From positions 1-64,000 of IMG/VR virus record IMGVR_UViG_3300035492_000309: DNA of 64,000 nucleotides; one strand, given 5' to 3'. The position numbers and the translations under genes were made by a program. This DNA is from a virus. The notes under the pieces were generated by a model that had not been told where the DNA came from, made no database searches, and was given only the letters and a program-made list of their open reading frames with translations. Below, piece by piece: positions 51,234 through 58,973 of this stretch (positions are counted from its first letter, which is position 1; each line of letters starts with the position of its first letter).

Positions 51234-51752
51234 ATGAAAAAGATGTTGGTATTTCGTGAAGGCTCGTGTCCCGAACCTCATGAGATCGATGACCTGCTAT
51301 ACAATACTGAGGTGATCAGACAGGATTTCGTTGACATGACCCCAGACGATGAGACGCGCCGTTACTCAGGGACCCTGGGTGTGTACGATTCGACTTGGCA
51401 GATTGTTTTCAAAGACAGTGACAAGTACGACTATTGGCACATCCTGGCAGTTGGGACCGAAGGCTATGCATTTGAGGAACCAAGCTTTAAGGCTGCGGTT
51501 AACCTCCTGATGCCCTATCGCTGTGAACACCTAATGCTTCAAGCAGTGATCCACAAAGACAATACCATGTTGCTGATTTGCCGAATCAATAAGGCACTGT
51601 CTACCCTACTGCATCTTCATCTACCTAAGATTCTCGATAGCCTGCACGACGGAATTTATCACTATGCTGTACCTGACGATGCTCTGGGACCTGTTAACGT
51701 GGCGCTCGCGGAAAAGGAAGATGTTAAAGACGCTCAAGACGGTGGTGCATGA
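51234..51752 (+). CDS. hypothetical protein
   Basis: Clean ORF. Confidence 0.65.
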   Translation: MKKMLVFREGSCPEPHEIDDLLYNTEVIRQDFVDMTPDDETRRYSGTLGVYDSTWQIVFKDSDKYDYWHILAVGTEGYAFEEPSFKAAVNLLMPYRCEHLMLQAVIHKDNTMLLICRINKALSTLLHLHLPKILDSLHDGIYHYAVPDDALGPVNVALAEKEDVKDAQDGGA

Positions 51753-52218
51753 GACGGTCTTGAACGAGGCAACCTTTTACATCTTTCTTGATCTTAAAGG
51801 AGGCATGGGACGTGATTACGCCCGACTCATGCTCAAGAGTGCGGTGACCGACATGATCATCGATATCCTGGCGAAGAAAGGTCTACAGGCTGAGTTTTAT
51901 GCAGAGGGATATCCTGAGATCATCGATCAGTGGTACAACCAATTGATTATGGTGGGGACTTATCCACTTGGAATCGGTTCCTTCGGTAAAGAGAAATTCG
52001 TGTTTCATCGACCCCAGGGTGAACGTGCCAGGTTCATCTTCTTTCTAGTGGGTGATGCGATAATGAACAAACTAGGGGATGCCCCTGGTATGCGACTTGA
52101 GATCAGTAACCTCATGTTTGATCTCATTGTTAAGAAGAGCCATCCAGGTACAAAACCCGTGGTATTCGCTGACGGCAACCGTATTGTCAATCTATTTGCA
52201 TTAAAAAATACTGGCTAG
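51721..52218 (+). CDS. hypothetical protein
   Basis: ATG 51721 after AAAGGAAG; 32-nt overlap with the upstream gene. Confidence 0.6.
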   Translation: MLKTLKTVVHETVLNEATFYIFLDLKGGMGRDYARLMLKSAVTDMIIDILAKKGLQAEFYAEGYPEIIDQWYNQLIMVGTYPLGIGSFGKEKFVFHRPQGERARFIFFLVGDAIMNKLGDAPGMRLEISNLMFDLIVKKSHPGTKPVVFADGNRIVNLFALKNTG

Positions 52219-52286
52219 GTGCCATTATATGACAGACCTTAAGTCGGTCTGATGCATCACAATAAACCCAGAGAGGGAACGCCGAG

Positions 52287-52658
52287 ATGGCTACCAAGAA
52301 GACCGCTACCACCAGTGTGACCAAACCTGCTGTTGCCAAGAAAGCGCCAGCCAAGAAGCCCGTTGCCAAGCCAGCTGCCAAAGCCGCTCCGGCTAAACCT
52401 GCTGTTGCCAAGAAAGCAGCAGCACCAGTCAAGCCCGCTGCTGTAAAGGCTCCGGCCAAGCCGGCATCAAAGAAGACCGCGCCGAAAGCCAAACCTGCCA
52501 AAGCCGAAGTCGATCTGAGCAAGTTCCTGGCCGGTCTGGTTGGTGGCAAGCTGACCGAAGCTCAGCGCACCAAGCTGCGCGAAGAAGCCAAGCGTCGCAA
52601 GATCACGGTCACTGCCCTGCAAGCCGCGATCCTGGCAGCGTTCATCGAACAGCTGTAA
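52287..52658 (+). CDS. histone-H1/AlgP-like KPAA-repeat DNA-binding protein
   Basis: KPAVAKKAPAKKPVAKPAAKAAPAKPAVAKKAAAPVKPAAVKAPAKPASKK repeats, then a structured C-terminal domain (..KITVTALQAAILAAFIEQL). Confidence 0.65.
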   Translation: MATKKTATTSVTKPAVAKKAPAKKPVAKPAAKAAPAKPAVAKKAAAPVKPAAVKAPAKPASKKTAPKAKPAKAEVDLSKFLAGLVGGKLTEAQRTKLREEAKRRKITVTALQAAILAAFIEQL

Positions 52659-52670
52659 GTCTGCGCCCTG

Positions 52671-52704
52671 ATAGAGAGCGGCCAAATGGCCGCTCTCTAT
52701 GCCG
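52671..52704 (+). terminator. 13-bp hairpin plus TATGCCG
   Basis: ATAGAGAGCGGCC-AAAT-GGCCGCTCTCTAT GCCG. Confidence 0.55.
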
Positions 52705-52745
52705 GATCACTACTAATATGAGTCATGTCCTAAGAGGCCTATTTC

Positions 52746-53258
52746 ATGTTTACCAAATTGCTTGAACTGACGGGCCTTAAGGGGCTGGTCTTGAAAATAC
52801 TGCTGATCGGAGCAGTTGTCGGAGGGTTCGCCTTCTGGGTCAACTGGTCCTTTAACATGCATACCACTGTCGCCCAACAAAATACCGAAATCACACGATT
52901 GGAAGGGGTGATCAAAAAGTTTACCGACTCAATCGATGATCACACCAACACCAAGAAGAAAATCAAGTTGAACTTCGATGAGATCGAACAATCGCAGGTC
53001 GATCTTCTGTGTGCTGCTCGGTATGATGCCAAAGCGCCAGCACCAGTAGGTCCTCAGATTGTTGAGGTGATCAAATACCGTGATCGACAGACACAGTGTC
53101 CGACCACCGATCCAGAAAAGGCCGAGTTGTTCGATCCGGCGACCAGTCAACTACGTCCGGTCAATGAAGAACTAGCCAATCAAGTACTGAACAACACCTG
53201 GCGAGCATATTGCACTGCCACCAACAACGAGGACAATGTATGCGCACCCTTCCGATGA
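52746..53258 (+). CDS. i-spanin candidate (type II membrane protein)
   Basis: N-terminal transmembrane helix LVLKILLIGAVVGGFAFWV, then a polar helical periplasmic part. Its 3' end overlaps a lipoprotein gene. Confidence 0.5.
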   Translation: MFTKLLELTGLKGLVLKILLIGAVVGGFAFWVNWSFNMHTTVAQQNTEITRLEGVIKKFTDSIDDHTNTKKKIKLNFDEIEQSQVDLLCAARYDAKAPAPVGPQIVEVIKYRDRQTQCPTTDPEKAELFDPATSQLRPVNEELANQVLNNTWRAYCTATNNEDNVCAPFR

Positions 53259-53533
53259 CAGGTCGGCCCAAGTGGCCGCTGCCTGTGGGCTTTCTGATCA
53301 TGGCAATGGTACTGCTGGCTGCTTTGAGTGGTTGTCAAGCACAACCTTACCACGAGGTGCCAGAGTGCAGTGTAGCCAAGCCCCCGCAGCCTGAGCAGTA
53401 TTTGGATGCAACCCCAGATGAGAAGCTCGTCATCATTGGTGATGCCTATATTCATCAGGTCAAGTCGGTGATGCGTTGCAACAACAACATCCGACTGATA
53501 AACGCCCGCAACAACGCAGTGCAGCCTGATTGA
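53240..53533 (+). CDS. o-spanin candidate (outer-membrane lipoprotein)
   Basis: Signal peptide plus lipobox LLAALSGC|Q. GAGGA RBS. Overlaps the upstream gene by 19 nt. Confidence 0.55.
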   Translation: MRTLPMTGRPKWPLPVGFLIMAMVLLAALSGCQAQPYHEVPECSVAKPPQPEQYLDATPDEKLVIIGDAYIHQVKSVMRCNNNIRLINARNNAVQPD

Positions 53534-53537
53534 TACC

Positions 53538-53568
53538 TAGAGGAGGGCCGACGCCCTCCTCTATGCCG
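53538..53568 (+). terminator. 11-bp hairpin plus TATGCCG
   Basis: TAGAGGAGGGC-CGAC-GCCCTCCTCTA TGCCG. Confidence 0.55.
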
Positions 53569-53572
53569 ACTT

Positions 53573-53608
53573 GATTCGACTTTTTTACAACGATACATGA
53601 TAGCGGTG
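53573..53608 (+). promoter_or_regulatory. 36-bp perfect repeat, copy 2
   Basis: Identical 36-mer, immediately after hairpin 53538-53568 and 35 nt upstream of ATG 53643. Confidence 0.5.
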
Positions 53609-53642
53609 TATACCCATAACCCAAGCTATTGGAGCTTAGATC

Positions 53643-53798
53643 ATGATCGGACGTATTGCTGCAAGTATTGTTGTTGGTGCTGTTGTAGGCTGGGGCGTTG
53701 AGCGGCATTTGAGAAAGAAGCGGGAGAAAAAGGTAATTCGTGAAAAAGTCAGCCAATTAATTGCCGATGTACCTGAGATCACCAAACCATCGCGCTAA
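53643..53798 (+). CDS. small membrane protein (51 aa; absent from the ORF track)
   Basis: ATG 53643 8 nt after GGAG. MIGRIAASIVVGAVVGWGVERHLRKKREKK...; sits downstream of the second copy of the 36-bp repeat. Confidence 0.5.
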   Translation: MIGRIAASIVVGAVVGWGVERHLRKKREKKVIREKVSQLIADVPEITKPSR

Positions 53799-53842
53799 TA
53801 ACCTTGGTCCATTTGGGGACCACCCATCTACAGAGATTTATC

Positions 53843-54415
53843 ATGCAACTACCTGATCTGATGACTGAAGCACAACTCAAGGCACTCGTAGCTCGGGACC
53901 TGTCGGTCTCCGAGCTTTATGCCCTGACACGGACTCAGTGTTATTTCATGTTGTCCAAAGAGACTGTCGATATTCTCACAGGCTTCCTGAAGAGCCGTAA
54001 GACGATCGAGGTTGGAGCAGGTAATGGGTTTCTGGCCGCACACCTAAGACGACTGGGCGTGAAGCACTATGAAGCCTACGATAACCTCTCCAGCCATTAC
54101 ACCAACGCTGACATCAACTACGGGGTAATCCATCATGATGCCCGTGAGCTGGACCTTCGTCAGTACGATGTCGTGGTGATGACCTGGCCGCCTTGCAACA
54201 AGCCGTTTGCCAAGGACATCGTCAACAACATGCAGGTCGGTCAGTACCTCATCTATCAAGGTGAGTTAAACGGCTGCACGGCTGAGCAACAGTTCGAACA
54301 TGAACTGGAACAGAAGTTCGTCAAGGTACCTGTGCTGACCTACAGCCTGAATAAACACCATGTGACCTACGGGGACTACCGCGATGAGTGGCTGGTCCTT
54401 AAGAAAGTCAAATAA
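53843..54415 (+). CDS. class I SAM-dependent methyltransferase
   Basis: Motif I TIEVGAGNGFLAAHL, then YEAYDN (motif II acidic residue) and VVVMTWPP. Confidence 0.55.
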   Translation: MQLPDLMTEAQLKALVARDLSVSELYALTRTQCYFMLSKETVDILTGFLKSRKTIEVGAGNGFLAAHLRRLGVKHYEAYDNLSSHYTNADINYGVIHHDARELDLRQYDVVVMTWPPCNKPFAKDIVNNMQVGQYLIYQGELNGCTAEQQFEHELEQKFVKVPVLTYSLNKHHVTYGDYRDEWLVLKKVK

Positions 54416-54445
54416 CCTATCCACTGCTATTTGGAGCAGACACCC

Positions 54446-55105
54446 ATGCAGTATTCATTCATCATCGACCACACCGATTTCGAAGAAATCCGTCTGAACA
54501 CTACTGAAGTCTTCGAAAACCTCTACATCTCTCGTCAGCCATCAGTTGAAGAAGAGGTGGGCTATGAGATCAAAGGTGATACCCTGATCATGAAGTACGA
54601 GCAGAACGAAGACGGACGGATCATCCTTGACAGCGCCAAGAAGTTCAATGGCCTGGCGACGCTACTTCCAGCTATCTTCGGTGCAGTCATGCATCTGCAC
54701 AAGCTCAAGAAGCTCAAGGTTTGTGACCACGAGGTTGATGTCGAAGTATTCATCAATAAACCCAACGGCATCTACCTGAACGAGCGCGCCGCTGACGGTG
54801 ATGTCATCCGACATGAGCTCGGCGGGATGATTTATCGCCGGCGAGATGCGCTCTACTGCCAGATCAACGAGATGAAAGTGTTCAAGCGCATGATCCAGAT
54901 GCGTAAGAATGGCATCGGCAGTTTTATTGATCCGGAGATTCTGGTTCGGTTTGAGGCCAAAGGCAAGTTTGTCTATCAGCCTGCTGGACATTGCTATTAC
55001 GATCCGGTCGTGGCCCATTCGTTCAACCCGTCTATCACTGACAAAATGTGGCTAGACAAACGCGATGAACTGAACCATTTTCTCGATACGCTTTCTCAGT
55101 TCTAA
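54446..55105 (+). CDS. hypothetical protein
   Basis: ORF opens at TTG 54431; ATG 54446 follows GGAG. Confidence 0.6.
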   Translation: MQYSFIIDHTDFEEIRLNTTEVFENLYISRQPSVEEEVGYEIKGDTLIMKYEQNEDGRIILDSAKKFNGLATLLPAIFGAVMHLHKLKKLKVCDHEVDVEVFINKPNGIYLNERAADGDVIRHELGGMIYRRRDALYCQINEMKVFKRMIQMRKNGIGSFIDPEILVRFEAKGKFVYQPAGHCYYDPVVAHSFNPSITDKMWLDKRDELNHFLDTLSQF

Positions 55106-55116
55106 GGAGAACATTC

Positions 55117-55410
55117 ATGATCAACATCTATCACGAAGAAGAAGGTCTGGTCTTCAAGAAGATTCAGGCTGATACCGGTATCAGCTACCTTAGCATTCCG
55201 GTCGAAGAAGTCGACGATGCCCGTGATCTGCTGGTGCGTCACGGAACACCGCAGAAGGGCTGTGGCTACTATCCTGTAGGTCTGCTGTTCGAAGAACGCA
55301 CGGTACGCCGCAAGGTAGCCAGCCGTCTGTCCAAACGTCCACCCAATGAAACCTGGGTCAACCGCACGCGCCGGCTGCTGGAGACTCATGGCCTTCAACC
55401 CATCCATTGA
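55117..55410 (+). CDS. hypothetical protein
   Basis: AAGGAG RBS. Confidence 0.6.
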   Translation: MINIYHEEEGLVFKKIQADTGISYLSIPVEEVDDARDLLVRHGTPQKGCGYYPVGLLFEERTVRRKVASRLSKRPPNETWVNRTRRLLETHGLQPIH

Positions 55411-55457
55411 TCCAACATTGCGTCACCCAACACTCGATAACCACCAGGAGCAGTAGC

Positions 55458-55778
55458 ATGCCGTATAAAGCCGTAGCCAAAACCATCATCGATGCCGTCG
55501 AGTACCGCGTCAAACTCAACATCGCCAAAGGCAACTTTGCACCGATCGTCCTGACCATCTCTGAAGCTGAACTCAAAACCCAAATGGGTCTTGAGCGTCT
55601 GAAGACTGTCACCCGTAAGCGTCTGGTCGCCAGCCTGGCTGCTGCCGATTACATCGTGACGGACGAAGGCGATGGCCTGCTGATCGAAGTCGATGTTGCT
55701 GGCCGTGATACTCAGTTCGACAGCCTGGCTGCGCTGATCGAATCGACCCAGCCTGTCGGTGAGCCGTTTCGAGGCTAA
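55458..55778 (+). CDS. hypothetical protein
   Basis: ATG 55458 in ORF 55407. Confidence 0.55.
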   Translation: MPYKAVAKTIIDAVEYRVKLNIAKGNFAPIVLTISEAELKTQMGLERLKTVTRKRLVASLAAADYIVTDEGDGLLIEVDVAGRDTQFDSLAALIESTQPVGEPFRG

Positions 55779-55782
55779 CTGA

Positions 55783-55831
55783 CGGCATAGAGAGGGAGCC
55801 TAGGCTCCCTCTCTTAGCTGGTTCTTTTTTT
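55783..55831. terminator. shared hairpin between convergent genes; TATGCCG on the minus strand, T-tract on the plus strand
   Basis: CGGCATAGAGAGGGAGCC-TA-GGCTCCCTCTCT followed by TAGCTGGTTCTTTTTTTGTTT. Read on the minus strand, the hairpin is followed by CTATGCCGTC. Confidence 0.65.
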
Positions 55832-55833
55832 GT

Positions 55834-58800
55834 TTATTCGGTCAGAGATTGATCGTTGTCAAAGACATCGATTGGCAACTGTTGCTTGAGCTGTTCTATG
55901 AAGACTTCAGCATCAGCCAAGGTCGCATCGGGATTCTCCACCAGACTTTCCAGAGAGGCTTCCAGATCATCAGGAGCCTGCACCCCGAGGATAGCTTCCA
56001 CTTGGGATTTCGACCACTGCATGATGTCCTTGGAACGGGTCGAGATATTGCCTTCGGTTCCAGTGTCTAGGAAAATCTCCCAAACATGACAGCGGTGCTT
56101 CTGCCCGATACGGTCAACTCGAGCGATCGTCTGCGTCCGCTCGTAGTCACGGAACGGGGCGTTAGTGAAGATCTCGGTGTTGGCCATGGTCAACGGCACA
56201 GCAGTCGACAGGCTTTTGAAGGTAGCGATCAGCGGGTTGGCATCCGGGTCTTGTTCGAACTTCTTGACGATGTTGGTCAAGTCCTTGTTGGTGTCGCCAT
56301 AGACCAGCAAGGGTTTGTACCCGGCGTTACTCAGCAAGCCATCCAGCTCTTTCACAACTTCAACGTAGCTGGTGAAGATCACTGTCTTACTGGCCGCATT
56401 GTCGATGATGGTATCGAGCGGCATGTTTGGCAACATGTCCAGATGGCACTGAATACGCATCCGACCCAACACCTGGGACAAAGCCTCACCCATGACCTTA
56501 AGATCAACGTACTTGATGATTGCCCGGACATTCAAGAACGGCTTACGGAAACGCTCAGGCAGGGACGGTATAATCTTCTTCAGTTCGTACCGGTTGCAGA
56601 ACATCACCAGGTCTTTCATGGTGACTGGGTCGTACCCTTTACGGATCGTGGCAATGGCACGGTTGTATTCTGCAAACTCAGTCTTGGCGGCGTTGTTACT
56701 GCCAAGTGATTGAGCATGTAAATCCATGCACTGGGCATAGAGCGCTTCGTATTCCTTCATGCCTTTGCGGTAGAACTCCAGACGCTCTTCGATGAACTTG
56801 CTCATCTTGTCGCGCACACTGGTCAGAGTGTAGTCCTGACCATTTTTGATTGTGATCTTCTCCTCGTGATAGTCCACGCCAGGGGTTTCGATGTCCTGTT
56901 TCGGGACTTTAAAGGACACGATCCCGATGCGATTGGCCAGAATCTCCAGCGCACGCTTGGCCTCTTTACCGAACATCTTGCGGAAGGAGGCTTCGACATC
57001 CGGCGTGAAATCGCGACAGACCGTCTTGAGCAAGGTGATGGCTTCCGAACCCATGGCCTTGAACGGTGTGCCGGAGGCATGAACAACATCGCGTGCTTTA
57101 ACGACCTGAACCAGCTCGACAAGATAATTGGTACGGGCCGACTGTTCGTTGAAGTTGTGCGATTCATCGATCGCCACGAAGACCTGACCAAAGTTTCCTT
57201 TGTTGGCTTTGGCGAACGCCAGGAACTTCTCCAGGTAGTCATAATGGACAATGTAGTGCTTCTTACCGGCCACCGGATCAAGACCGCTCAGGCTGTGCCA
57301 GAACTCAGGGGTGTTCTTAAACAACATGTTAATGGTCTTGACCCAGACATCGAGTACCGCGTTCTTCGGTACCACCAAGATATTGGTGTCGGCTTTGAGC
57401 ACATGTCCTAAGGCGTAATTGGTAATGGTGTTGTGAGTCACGATGAAGTCATCGGTGACATACAGGTGTTTCGGATGATCCACCATGATGCACTGGGCTT
57501 CTTCCTGACCAACCAACTTGATCGACTTAACGCGAAGCTTCAGACCTTCCGCATACTGGCCATCGTCCTTACAGCGAGCTTTCTTGCGCCCCATACGGAA
57601 CAGTTCAGATTGCTTCTTGTAGCGGATGTTGACGTTATATGCCACCTTACCTTCGCGAACTTCGCCGTTGTACGTATATCGAGTACGTTTCTCGGCGATA
57701 CGTGCGATACCGCCAAGACTACGGACCAGGTACTGCACATCGAGAGCAAGCTGCTCACTGGTCGTACTGAACGACACTACGGCATGGTCATTGATGGTCC
57801 CATCTGTGTCCAGCAGGCCCTGGAGAACGCTCAGGCGCTGCTTACGAGAACCGTTCTTATAGATCTCTGGGACGAACTTCTCAAACGAGTATTTCCCGAA
57901 CAGGCCAAGGCCACGAATGATGTCGGTCAGAGCATTCTTCTTATGACGCTCGTCGGTGATGATGTAATCATACTCGCTAACGTGCTTCATGGAGGTGAAT
58001 TCAGGAAGGACTTTACGAACTTCGTCAAGAACGTCCTCATCTGCGCAGCTGAAACGCACATTGTAGCGAAGACCGCCGTCGCCGATCAGGGCACCGATCA
58101 GGTAAGGGTCGGCTGGAAGGTCGATGTCCGGACCATCCTCGGCTTCAATCAGTGGGATATACAGACGTTGGCGATTCTTCTCGAGAAGACGTTTCATCTC
58201 GAGAGTGTCGCGAGTAGCCCAACGATGAGGGTCTCGAACGGTCCCGTCGAAAGACTCCCACAGATGTTCTCCGCAGGCGCGGGTCTTTCGACCATCCCAG
58301 AATTCTACTTCATAGATGTCCTTGACACCCTGAGGGAATACACCGACAACAGACACAACAGAACCATCGGGAGCAACGATCTGGGAACCGACGTGTATAT
58401 CGCCCATCGTGGCCCAACCACCTGGTACCTTGATTTTAGCATCGAGAGGCTGTGCCTTGCCGCCACCTGCAGCGACATCCATCAACATTCCCTGAAGGGA
58501 ATATTCGAACGTGGTCCGATCATACTCACGTAAAAAATTAAGTTGATGGGGAAATAGTGTGATGTTAAGGTCTGCCAACTGCTTGTAATCAAGACGTGGT
58601 GCAAACCCCGTCACGCCGATATTGCGTAGCCATGTGCTGTGAGTCAATTCCTCAGCCACGCGAGTGAGCAACCTCCGTCCGACATAGGTACGCCGCGATT
58701 GGATCAGTTGTTCAATGATGTACAGTACTTCGATGGCATAGAACTTAGGAAACTTCACCGATGATCTGGACACCGATGTGAACAGATTGTTGTTGATTTT

Positions 58801-58926
58801 GCTGGTTTTCCAGTGGTTGTAAATATCTCTGGAAAAACGCAAACCGGGGATTCCGTTGACTATAATGTGAGAATCCGTCTCTTTGACAGAGACCAATCCC
58901 AGCATGCGCGAAAAACTGGCGTACAT
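55834..58926 (-). CDS. SNF2/DEAD-like helicase precursor interrupted by an intein
   Basis: Motif I is split: AAGGGK|intein|TITNYAL. Also DESH (VFVAIDESHNF), helicase C domain and motif VI ARVDRIGQK. Single 1030-aa ORF. Confidence 0.9.
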   Translation of the reverse strand: MYASFSRMLGLVSVKETDSHIIVNGIPGLRFSRDIYNHWKTSKINNNLFTSVSRSSVKFPKFYAIEVLYIIEQLIQSRRTYVGRRLLTRVAEELTHSTWLRNIGVTGFAPRLDYKQLADLNITLFPHQLNFLREYDRTTFEYSLQGMLMDVAAGGGKAQPLDAKIKVPGGWATMGDIHVGSQIVAPDGSVVSVVGVFPQGVKDIYEVEFWDGRKTRACGEHLWESFDGTVRDPHRWATRDTLEMKRLLEKNRQRLYIPLIEAEDGPDIDLPADPYLIGALIGDGGLRYNVRFSCADEDVLDEVRKVLPEFTSMKHVSEYDYIITDERHKKNALTDIIRGLGLFGKYSFEKFVPEIYKNGSRKQRLSVLQGLLDTDGTINDHAVVSFSTTSEQLALDVQYLVRSLGGIARIAEKRTRYTYNGEVREGKVAYNVNIRYKKQSELFRMGRKKARCKDDGQYAEGLKLRVKSIKLVGQEEAQCIMVDHPKHLYVTDDFIVTHNTITNYALGHVLKADTNILVVPKNAVLDVWVKTINMLFKNTPEFWHSLSGLDPVAGKKHYIVHYDYLEKFLAFAKANKGNFGQVFVAIDESHNFNEQSARTNYLVELVQVVKARDVVHASGTPFKAMGSEAITLLKTVCRDFTPDVEASFRKMFGKEAKRALEILANRIGIVSFKVPKQDIETPGVDYHEEKITIKNGQDYTLTSVRDKMSKFIEERLEFYRKGMKEYEALYAQCMDLHAQSLGSNNAAKTEFAEYNRAIATIRKGYDPVTMKDLVMFCNRYELKKIIPSLPERFRKPFLNVRAIIKYVDLKVMGEALSQVLGRMRIQCHLDMLPNMPLDTIIDNAASKTVIFTSYVEVVKELDGLLSNAGYKPLLVYGDTNKDLTNIVKKFEQDPDANPLIATFKSLSTAVPLTMANTEIFTNAPFRDYERTQTIARVDRIGQKHRCHVWEIFLDTGTEGNISTRSKDIMQWSKSQVEAILGVQAPDDLEASLESLVENPDATLADAEVFIEQLKQQLPIDVFDNDQSLTE
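57430..58455 (-). mobile_element. intein (342 aa, aa 158-499) with LAGLIDADG homing endonuclease; class 3 signature
   Basis: Starts AQPLDAKIKV.. and ends ..FIVTHN|T. LAGLIDADG motifs YLIGALIGDGGL and VLQGLLDTDGTI. Block B GEHLW (Trp B:12), block F AQCIMVD (Cys at F:4), block G THN (Thr G:5). Confidence 0.85.
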
Positions 58927-58973
58927 TCCTATATTCCTTGTGAATCAGGGAGTAGAACTAAGAGGGTCATAAG

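Noticed and set aside
52187-52549. Ala/Gly/Leu-rich 120-aa minus-strand ORF
   Set aside because: It is the reverse complement of the KPAA-repeat gene (GCC/AAG repeats read backwards). The plus-strand ORF has an RBS-like GAGAGGGAACGCCGAG upstream and a structured C-terminal domain.
56086-58533. Plus-strand ORFs 56086-56709, 56866-57411 and 57433-58533 inside the SNF2/intein gene
   Set aside because: They are antisense shadows of a gene whose helicase and intein motifs are unambiguous.
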